A DNA stretch of 55,558 nt from Candidatus Omnitrophota bacterium. GTDB taxonomy: Bacteria; Omnitrophota; Gorgyraeia; JABMRG01. The stretch covers positions 1-55,558 of the forward strand of contig JBDRAM010000132.1 in NCBI GenBank assembly GCA_043823785.1, read 5' to 3'. Position numbers and translations under genes: made by a program. Under the pieces are notes generated by a model. The model had not been told where the DNA came from and did not search any database. It saw only the letters and a list, made by a program, of their open reading frames with translations. Of the stretch, positions 38,334-45,337 are shown piece after piece (position 1 is the stretch's first letter; the number at the start of each line of letters is the position of its first letter).

Positions 38334-38398
38334 TCTCAGTAATCTAAATTAATCTGTGTAATCAGGTATAATTTTTAATTATGCTTAATAATTATACC
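38331..38398 (+). repeat. AATCT/GTAATC box module, copy A (two boxes plus hairpin)
   Basis: TAATCTCAGTAATCTAAATTAATCTGTGTAATCA is followed directly by the hairpin GGTATAATT(38365-38373)/AATTATACC(38390-38398). The box part is near-identical to copy B. Confidence 0.85.
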
Positions 38399-38412
38399 AG
38401 GAGTATAATAAG

Positions 38413-39357
38413 ATGACAGATCTAATGCAGGTGAGCTCATCGCCACATATACATTCAGGTAAGTCTGTGAAAAGAATAATGTGGGCTGTATTTTTGGCCC
38501 TGGTACCATCTGGCGCATGGGGCGTATACTGCTATGGCCTAAGCGCGCTTTATATTATTATCGCCTCTGTTATCACATGCGTGCTGACCGAAGCCTTGAT
38601 ATTAAAACTAAGAAAAAGGCCCGTTACCATAATTGACGGAAGCGCGGCTCTTACAGGGCTTCTCTTGGCTTATAATGTATCTCCGATTGTTCCCGTATGG
38701 ATGGTATGCGTAGGCGCTGTCTTTGCTATTGCTGTTGTAAAACAGGCATTCGGCGGATTGGGCAGGAATATATTTAACCCCGCATTGGCAGGCAGGGCAT
38801 TTCTTATGGCATCATGGACCAGATATATGGTTGCTTTCAAGAACCCGCGCTGGCAGATAGACGCGGTAACCTCCGCAACGCCGCTTGATATTATTAAACA
38901 TAATTTTGAATATCCTATTCCTTCCTATCTCGATCTTTTTATAGGAAATAGAGGGGGCTGTATAGGCGAGGTATGTATAGCAGCGCTTCTGGTAGGGGCC
39001 TGTTTTCTTTTGTATAAAAAATATATAAAGTGGCATATACCATTTATATATGTAGGCACCGTAGGCTTATTAAGCTGGGCTTTTACGGGAGAGGGATTAT
39101 TCGCTGGTGACTGGCTATTTCAGATTCTAAGCGGAGGCTTAGTGTTGGGGGCCTTCTTTATGGCCACAGACTATGTGACTTCTCCTGTAACCAAAAAGGG
39201 TAAGATAATATTTGCTATACTTTGCGGCGTGATCACTTTTTCCATAAGGAAGTGGGGAGGATACCCGGAAGGTGTAAGTTATTCTATATTGATAATGAAT
39301 GCGGCCGTACCTATTATCGACAGGCATACAAAGCCGAAAAGGTTTGGAGGTAGATGA
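38413..39357 (+). CDS. rnfD: Rnf complex subunit D
   Basis: 314 aa polytopic membrane protein with family blocks SSPHIHS, GGLGRNIFNPAL and MATDYVTSP. Confidence 0.9.
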   Translation: MTDLMQVSSSPHIHSGKSVKRIMWAVFLALVPSGAWGVYCYGLSALYIIIASVITCVLTEALILKLRKRPVTIIDGSAALTGLLLAYNVSPIVPVWMVCVGAVFAIAVVKQAFGGLGRNIFNPALAGRAFLMASWTRYMVAFKNPRWQIDAVTSATPLDIIKHNFEYPIPSYLDLFIGNRGGCIGEVCIAALLVGACFLLYKKYIKWHIPFIYVGTVGLLSWAFTGEGLFAGDWLFQILSGGLVLGAFFMATDYVTSPVTKKGKIIFAILCGVITFSIRKWGGYPEGVSYSILIMNAAVPIIDRHTKPKRFGGR

Positions 39358-39358
39358 T

Positions 39359-39886
39359 ATGACAAGATTTGTAATTGTCCTTACGCTTGTATGTGTTGTA
39401 GCCGCGCTGGTTTTAGGTTTAACTTATAATGTTACAAAACCTTTAATCGCGGCTCAGGAAGAGAAAACAAAGAAAGAGGCGCTTGCAAGGGTTTTGCCTG
39501 GAGCAAATGATTATAGGCAGAAGATGCTGGATGAAAAAGAATATTATGAAGGATATAAAGGTGGTGAATTTATAGGTTATGCTATCTATGCCTTAGGCAA
39601 AGGTTATGCCGGCGATATAAATATGCTCGTCGGAATAGATAAGGATGGCAGGATATTAGGGGTTGAAATATTGTCGCAGCAGGAGACCCCTGGCCTGGGC
39701 GCGCGATGCGTCGAGAATAAGCGCGGCGAAGAGGAGCCCTGGTTTTTAAAGCAATTTAACGGAAAGGAAGCATCAGGCTTGAGCTTAAAGAGTGTGGAAG
39801 TAATAACGGGAGCGACCATAACTACAGACTCTATTGTAAAGGCTATCAAGAAGGAAGCAGAGGTCTTTTTAGAAAACATTAAGTAG
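39359..39886 (+). CDS. rnfG: Rnf complex subunit G (FMN-binding)
   Basis: Start set at ATG 39359 (MTRFVIVLTL signal-anchor). FMN_bind-type C-terminus ITGATITTDSIV. Confidence 0.85.
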   Translation: MTRFVIVLTLVCVVAALVLGLTYNVTKPLIAAQEEKTKKEALARVLPGANDYRQKMLDEKEYYEGYKGGEFIGYAIYALGKGYAGDINMLVGIDKDGRILGVEILSQQETPGLGARCVENKRGEEEPWFLKQFNGKEASGLSLKSVEVITGATITTDSIVKAIKKEAEVFLENIK

Positions 39887-39945
39887 TAGGAGCCGCCTCC
39901 CCCGGACCATTCGCTTTGCTCAGGTACGGGGCAAGCCGGCGGCGG
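39885..39945 (+). repeat. GC-rich stop-abutting palindromic element (TAGTAGGAGC family), copy 1, with a nested hairpin
   Basis: AGTAGGAGCCGCCTCCC starts inside the rnfG stop codon. The outer stem is GCCGCC(39892-97)/GGCGGC(39938-43). The nested hairpin is CCCCGGACC/GGTACGGGG with the loop ATTCGCTTTGCTCA. Confidence 0.8.
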
Positions 39946-39957
39946 ATAATATAATTT

Positions 39958-40548
39958 ATGAAAAGCTTATTTGGTGAATTTAGGAAAGGTATTATATCGG
40001 AGAATCCCATATTCGGTTTGCTGCTGGGGCTCTGTCCCGCGCTTGCGGTCTCATCGAGCGTAAGAGACGGCATCGGCATGGGGCTGGCCGCTACTTTTGT
40101 GTTATGCTGTTCAAATATTATTATATCGAGCATACGCAATTTTATACCGGACAAGATACGCATCCCCTGTTATATAGTAATAATAGCGGCATTTGTTACA
40201 ATAGTTGAGCTTTTACTTAAGGCATACCTGCCGGCTTTAAGCAGATCGCTGGGTATTTATGTCCCATTAATAGTTGTAAACTGCATAATACTCGGAAGGG
40301 CTGAAGCCTTCGCGTCAAAAAACAACATATTGAAATCACTGTTTGACGGCATCGGCATGGGGTGTGGGTTTACGCTGGCCCTTGTAATTATTTCAGCTAT
40401 AAGAGAACTTTTGGGAGCGGGTAAGGTCTTTGGATTCGCGCTATCACAGAATTTTCAACCTGCTGCCATAATGATATTGGCACCCGGCGCCCTGCTGACG
40501 CTAGGGCTGTTAATAGGCCTGTTAAATTGGTTAAAAGAAGAAAAATAA
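39958..40548 (+). CDS. rnfE: Rnf complex subunit E
   Basis: 196 aa. RnfA/E-family blocks NPIFGLLLGLCPALAV and VPLIVVNCIILGRAE. Confidence 0.9.
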   Translation: MKSLFGEFRKGIISENPIFGLLLGLCPALAVSSSVRDGIGMGLAATFVLCCSNIIISSIRNFIPDKIRIPCYIVIIAAFVTIVELLLKAYLPALSRSLGIYVPLIVVNCIILGRAEAFASKNNILKSLFDGIGMGCGFTLALVIISAIRELLGAGKVFGFALSQNFQPAAIMILAPGALLTLGLLIGLLNWLKEEK

Positions 40549-40552
40549 AATT

Positions 40553-40577
40553 CGCCGCCGGGAGGCGGCTCCTACTG
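40553..40577 (-). repeat. GC-rich palindromic element, copy 2 (inverted, minimal form)
   Basis: CGCCGCCGGGAGGCGGCTCCTACTG is the reverse complement of copy 1 without the nested hairpin. It forms the hairpin GCCGCC-GGGA-GGCGGC. Confidence 0.8.
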
Positions 40578-40621
40578 CAGGTTAAAAGAATATGGCAAAT
40601 AAAATAATGATAAAATCGAAA

Positions 40622-40663
40622 CCCTGCACCCTGCAACCTACATGCTACAAGCTACAGGCTATA
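40622..40663 (+). repeat. Six tandem heptamers NNCTRCA
   Basis: CCCTGCA CCCTGCA ACCTACA TGCTACA AGCTACA GGCTATA ends 2 nt before the rnfA ATG. Confidence 0.8.
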
Positions 40664-40665
40664 AT

Positions 40666-41274
40666 ATGAACTTCTCTGAATTCATGACAATAGTAATAAG
40701 CGCGATATTTATTCACAATTTTATTCTCGCGCGGTTTCTCGGATTATGTCCTTTCATAGGCGTCTCAAAGCAGACAAAGTCAGCTTTGGGCATGGGTGCC
40801 GCTGTAATATTTGTCATGAGCTTATCCGCGCTGATAACATGGTTCGTATATAGATTTTTACTTATTCCTTTTAATTTAGAATATCTTAGAACAGTTTCAT
40901 TTATCCTGGTCATAGCCGTGTTTGTGCAGTTTGTCGAGATGGCTATAGCGAAGATAGCGCCGCCTCTTCATAGGGCCATGGGTATATATATACCTTTGAT
41001 CACAACAAACTGCGCTGTTCTTGGCGTGACGGTTCTTAATATAAATATGTTTTTTAAAGGCAAGGAAGCAGCGGCCTTTTCTCTCGGGACTTCCATGATA
41101 CAGGCATTTTGCGCAGGCATAGGTTTTTCCCTGGCCATGTTCTTGATGTCAGGGATAAGAGAGAGGCTTGAGTTAACAGATATACCAAAGTCTTTTGTGG
41201 GCGTGCCGATAGCTTTTATTGTGGCATCTTTGATGTCTATGGCGTTTTTAGGTTTTAGCGGGTTTAAGTTTTAG
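40666..41274 (+). CDS. rnfA: Rnf complex subunit A
   Basis: Start set at ATG 40666 (alignment by eye with the E. coli RnfA N-terminus). Blocks FLGLCPFIGVSK and IPLITTNCAVLGV. Confidence 0.9.
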   Translation: MNFSEFMTIVISAIFIHNFILARFLGLCPFIGVSKQTKSALGMGAAVIFVMSLSALITWFVYRFLLIPFNLEYLRTVSFILVIAVFVQFVEMAIAKIAPPLHRAMGIYIPLITTNCAVLGVTVLNINMFFKGKEAAAFSLGTSMIQAFCAGIGFSLAMFLMSGIRERLELTDIPKSFVGVPIAFIVASLMSMAFLGFSGFKF

Positions 41275-41381
41275 GTTAGCGGGTGCTCCAGTTGGCGGGT
41301 TAGCGTGTCGACCCGTCAACCCGTAAACTCGCTAACAGGCTAACTATAGACAGTAACACCTGTAAGAAAGCAGTACAAACT

Positions 41382-42191
41382 ATGCACATACTTTTACCGG
41401 TTATTATATTAGGCTCATTAGGAGCTATCTTTGGCATATGGCTTACATTTGCCCAGAAGATATTTTTTGTCGAAAAGGATCCACGCGTCGAACATATATT
41501 TTCTCTTTTGCCAGGAGTTAATTGCGGCGCATGCGGAAAAGCCGGATGTTTTGGCCTGGCAGAGGCATTGGGCAGGGGTGAAGTCGAGTCTATAAATTGC
41601 CCTGTGGCAGATAGCTCTGTCAGAAAACTCATTTCAGAGGCAGCGGGCATTAAGCTTGATGAAAGCTCAAATCAGATAGCTGCTTTAATATGTAACGGCG
41701 GCGGCGAATGTAAAGATAAGTTTAAATATAACGGCCCGAAGGATTGCAATATAGCGAATCTTATCTTTGGCGGGCATAAGGCATGTAATTTTGCCTGTAT
41801 AGGTTTCGGGAGCTGCGTCAAGGCCTGCCCTTTTGATGCGATAAATATGGGTGAAGACGGCCTGCCTATCATAGATTCTGAAAAATGTACTGCTTGCGGA
41901 AAATGCGTCAAGGCCTGCCCTAAGGATGTGCTGGTTCTTGTGCCCAAAACAAGCCAATACCACATACAATGCAATTCAAAAGATAAAGCAGCTGAATTTA
42001 TAAAGGCCTGCAAGGCGGGCTGTATAGCCTGCGGAAAATGCGTAAAGATATGCCCGGTATCCGCGATAAGCATAACCGAGAACCTTGCTTTAATAGATTA
42101 TATAAAATGCACAAATTGCGGTGAGTGTGTAAAAGTATGCCCTACTAAGGCGATAACAAAAGCAGCGATAATTGAGGATCGGGTCAGGTAG
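41382..42191 (+). CDS. rnfB: Rnf complex subunit B (polyferredoxin)
   Basis: 269 aa. It has an N-terminal TM helix, CGACGKAGC, and several CxxCxxCxxxCP 4Fe-4S motifs. Confidence 0.85.
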   Translation: MHILLPVIILGSLGAIFGIWLTFAQKIFFVEKDPRVEHIFSLLPGVNCGACGKAGCFGLAEALGRGEVESINCPVADSSVRKLISEAAGIKLDESSNQIAALICNGGGECKDKFKYNGPKDCNIANLIFGGHKACNFACIGFGSCVKACPFDAINMGEDGLPIIDSEKCTACGKCVKACPKDVLVLVPKTSQYHIQCNSKDKAAEFIKACKAGCIACGKCVKICPVSAISITENLALIDYIKCTNCGECVKVCPTKAITKAAIIEDRVR

Positions 42192-42336
42192 ATTAGGTTA
42201 GGGTCAGGATGCCAGTTTGGAAAATTAGGTAAAGTAGTTGGTATTTTCCCTGACCACCTAACCTAGCTACCATACCGGCTTCTTGACCTTTACCCAACAA
42301 CCTAACCAGGTACGTTAACATGGAGGTGATTAAAAT

Positions 42337-42669
42337 ATGTCAAAGAACATAATTGAAGTTACTGAGCCTGCATTTGACAGCGAAGTAAGGAATGTAAAGG
42401 GCGTGGTGCTTGTTGATTTCTGGGCCTCATGGTGCGCGCCATGCAACATGCTTGCGCCTGTGCTGGAAAGGATAGCTGATAGTTTAAGTGGTGAGCTTAA
42501 GTTCTGCAAGCTAAACGTCGATGACAATCCAAGCATAGCTTCTGAGTTTGGCGTCATGAGCATACCTACTCTTATAATATTCAAGGACGGAAAAGAGCAG
42601 GGCAGGATGACAGGTTTTCCCGGAGAGGGCGAGCTTACGAAAAAAATAAAGGAATATCTTGCAGTATAG
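42337..42669 (+). CDS. trxA: Thioredoxin
   Basis: 110 aa. The active site is VDFWASWCAPCNM (WCAPC instead of the canonical WCGPC). Strong SD GGAGGTGA upstream. Confidence 0.9.
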   Translation: MSKNIIEVTEPAFDSEVRNVKGVVLVDFWASWCAPCNMLAPVLERIADSLSGELKFCKLNVDDNPSIASEFGVMSIPTLIIFKDGKEQGRMTGFPGEGELTKKIKEYLAV

Positions 42670-42724
42670 GAAAGTATAAACTTAGATACTGCAAGGAACC
42701 AGTCAGGTTAGAGGTTCATGGAGG

Positions 42725-43930
42725 GTGTTTGGTTTCTTGACTAAATATATCTTATTAATTGATATAGGGACTACAACGATATCAGGCGCTATTTTTGATA
42801 AAGAAAAAGGGCGCGTACTATCCTCAGATTTTATTTTAAATGAGCAGATAAGATATGGAGATGACGTTATATCAAGAATAGATCATGCTCTTAGGAAAAT
42901 CGCGAACGCGGCATCTCTCCAGAGAGCAGTAGTCTTATCTATAAATAAGTTGTCCGGGAAGCTTTTTTCGCAGGCTAAAAAAAGTCACAAAGACATCGGT
43001 TCGGCCTTCTGCGTATGCAATACCGCCATACACCATCTTTTTTTAGGAATAGATACGGCCCCGCTTATTACCCCGCCATACAAGCCGTCTCAAAAATCAG
43101 AGATCACTATATATGCTGACAGAATAGGCCTTAAGCTTGAGAAAGATTGCCCGGTGACTCTACTGCCTAACGTAGAAGGTTTTGTAGGCTCTGACGCTCT
43201 TGCGGTTATTATAGCAAGCGGTATCTATAAATCAAGAGCAGTAAAGCTGGCCATAGACATGGGAACAAACGGTGAAGTAGTCTTGGGAAGCGCGGGGAGA
43301 ATATTTGCAGCGTCTGCCGCGGCAGGGCCCGCGTTTGAGGGAAGGCATATAAGCTGCGGCATGCCGGCTATAAAAGGGGCGATAAAATCAATAGAGATGA
43401 AAGGCGGCTCTTTTAAAATCGATGTTATAGGAGGAGGAGCCCCTAAGGGAATATGCGGCAGCGCCTTGATAGACGCGGCTTCATGTATGCTTAAAAATGG
43501 GTTGATGAACAGCTCAGGCAGGATGAATGAGCCTGAATTTGTATTTTATAAAAAAGGAAGAACCAAGATTTCGGTGACGCAACAGGATATAAGAAAGCTG
43601 CAGCTTGCCAAGGCCGCTATATACGCCGCGGTAAAAATACTTTTAAGAAAATCACGCATAAGCAAAGAAGAGATAACCGAGGTACTCTTTACAGGCTCTT
43701 TTGGCAGCGTAGTGAACACTGATAGCATAGCGGCAATAGGGCTTGTGCCTAAAATAGATAAGAGAAGAATAAGATTCCTTGAAAAAGGCGCGCTTGAAGG
43801 GCTTAAGATTTATGCAGGCAGTCTGTCTTTACAGAAAAAGATCACATCTATATTAAGCAGCATAAAACATATACCGCTTCTTGGCAAGGGTTTTAGCGAA
43901 GAGTTTACCTCGTCTATGTTTTTGGGGTGA
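42725..43930 (+). CDS. ASKHA-fold DUF4445 protein (RACo C-terminal-domain-like), lacking the Fe-S N-terminal domain
   Basis: 401 aa; the GTG start is uncertain. Blocks LLIDIGTTTISGAIFD, AIDMGTNGEVVLG and AAGPAFEGRHISCGM are as I recall for corrinoid-activase-type ASKHA domains. Confidence 0.6.
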   Translation: MFGFLTKYILLIDIGTTTISGAIFDKEKGRVLSSDFILNEQIRYGDDVISRIDHALRKIANAASLQRAVVLSINKLSGKLFSQAKKSHKDIGSAFCVCNTAIHHLFLGIDTAPLITPPYKPSQKSEITIYADRIGLKLEKDCPVTLLPNVEGFVGSDALAVIIASGIYKSRAVKLAIDMGTNGEVVLGSAGRIFAASAAAGPAFEGRHISCGMPAIKGAIKSIEMKGGSFKIDVIGGGAPKGICGSALIDAASCMLKNGLMNSSGRMNEPEFVFYKKGRTKISVTQQDIRKLQLAKAAIYAAVKILLRKSRISKEEITEVLFTGSFGSVVNTDSIAAIGLVPKIDKRRIRFLEKGALEGLKIYAGSLSLQKKITSILSSIKHIPLLGKGFSEEFTSSMFLG

Positions 43931-43936
43931 TCTTAG

Positions 43937-44007
43937 AATCTCTGTAATCTAAATTAATCTTTGTAATCAAGAGATTGTCCTGTGTTTTCATTTTTGAGAC
44001 AATCTCT
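43937..44007 (+). repeat. AATCT/GTAATC box module, copy B
   Basis: AATCTCTGTAATCTAAATTAATCTTTGTAATCA is followed by the hairpin AGAGATTGTC(43970-79)/GACAATCTCT(43998-44007). Confidence 0.85.
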
Positions 44008-44017
44008 CTATTTATAG

Positions 44018-44046
44018 TTGACATGCCGCAGCCCGGGTGCTAAACT
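44018..44046 (+). promoter_or_regulatory. Sigma70-type promoter upstream of purN
   Basis: TTGACA (44018-23), a 17-nt spacer and TAAACT (44041-46). The -35 lies exactly 10 nt after the module-B hairpin. Confidence 0.6.
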
Positions 44047-44052
44047 TAAAAT

Positions 44053-44180
44053 TAGGGGCAGAATAAAGTATGAACCCCGTACCTCAAGTATAAACAGAGG
44101 TTAAGGGTTAAAATATCTAAAATCAGCAGCGTAGTGGTTATACATAGCCTACTTTTTCTTTAATGTAGAGGTACGGGGTG
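44053..44180 (+). promoter_or_regulatory. Structured purN leader with SD/start-codon sequestering helix
   Basis: ACCCCGTACCTC (44074-85) is perfectly complementary to GAGGTACGGGGT (44168-79), which covers the SD GAGG and 2 nt of the GTG start. GGGG at 44055-58 could compete for the CCCC. Confidence 0.45.
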
Positions 44181-45323
44181 AATATAGCAGTTTTATGTTC
44201 GGGCAATGGCTCTAATTTTCAGGCTATAGTAGATGCTAAAAAAAAAGGTATTTTCAAGCCTGAAATCGCCCTTATGGTCTGTGACAATCCGGATGCTTAC
44301 GCTGTAAAGAGAGCGGAAAAAGAAGGCATAAAGACATTTATAGCGGAGAGAAAAAATTTTCCATCCAAGATTGAATTTGAGCAAAGCATTATAGCCAAGC
44401 TCAAGGAACATGACATAGGGCTTATTTGCCTTGCGGGGTATATGAGGCTTCTCTCCGGCGATTTTATAGCAAAGTATAAAAATAAGATATTAAATATACA
44501 CCCCGCGCTTTTGCCGTCTTTTAAAGGCGCGCACGCTATAAAGGATGCCCTGGATCATGGCGTAAAGATAACAGGCGTTACCGTGCATTTTGTAACAGAG
44601 GATATGGACGCGGGCCCAATAATATTGCAGGAGCCTGTAAATGTCCAGGAGAACGATACGGAGGATACGCTGGCTGATAGAATACATAAAGTAGAGCATA
44701 GGCTTTATCCTGAAGCTATTAAGCTCTTTACCGGCAAAAGGCTCAGCACCATAGGAAGAAAAATAAAGATCCTGGCTGCTGTAACCATATTCTTATCTGT
44801 TTTCAGCTTTGAATCAAAAGCCATGTATGGCAGCGATTTAATTTTTTCTCCTGTTCTTACTAAGGTTACGGTACCTGTCTATTTAAAGGAAGAACTAAGG
44901 CCTATCACGGGCCTTGACATAAAAGCATTAAAAGAAAAAGACGTTATAAAAAAGCCCGTTGCGCAAGACCCAAAAATATATAATAAATTAGAGCTTCTTT
45001 CCTTTAAGCTATATGATATAGAAGAGATCATATATTCTGATTCAGGCAGTTCTAAATCATATGATCCCAGCATAGACGCGGAGCAGCTTATTACAAAAGA
45101 AGAGATAGAGAATATGCGGATAAAGAGCTCAGTGAAGGCCGCGCATACGCTTGCTGAGGTAATGGATTCGGTGAATTTTAAATTAGCGTACAGCGGCATA
45201 AATAATCTGGTTGAGACGGCAAAGAATCTGATAAAGTTCAGGGAGTATGTAGGAGAAAAATACCACCTCCACTTTAAAGTAGATAAGGACGAGGCACTTT
45301 TTAGGTACAAGAAGCGTTTTTAA
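44178..45323 (+). CDS. purN: Phosphoribosylglycinamide formyltransferase with a ~180-aa C-terminal extension
   Basis: 381 aa with a GTG start. The PurN domain spans aa 1-198 (VLCSGNGSNFQAI, NIHPALLPSFKG, TVHFVTEDMDAGPII). It is followed in frame by a signal/anchor-like segment RKIKILAAVTIFLSVFSFESKA and an uncharacterised domain. Confidence 0.8.
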   Translation: MNIAVLCSGNGSNFQAIVDAKKKGIFKPEIALMVCDNPDAYAVKRAEKEGIKTFIAERKNFPSKIEFEQSIIAKLKEHDIGLICLAGYMRLLSGDFIAKYKNKILNIHPALLPSFKGAHAIKDALDHGVKITGVTVHFVTEDMDAGPIILQEPVNVQENDTEDTLADRIHKVEHRLYPEAIKLFTGKRLSTIGRKIKILAAVTIFLSVFSFESKAMYGSDLIFSPVLTKVTVPVYLKEELRPITGLDIKALKEKDVIKKPVAQDPKIYNKLELLSFKLYDIEEIIYSDSGSSKSYDPSIDAEQLITKEEIENMRIKSSVKAAHTLAEVMDSVNFKLAYSGINNLVETAKNLIKFREYVGEKYHLHFKVDKDEALFRYKKRF

Positions 45324-45337
45324 TCCCCCCTAATATT

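Noticed and set aside
44053-44180. Assigning the purN leader to a known riboswitch class (purine, ZTP/pfl, THF, preQ1, PRPP/ykkC).
   Set aside because: By eye I could not find the conserved cores of these classes. Only the generic SD-sequestering helix is supported, and it needs a covariance-model search.
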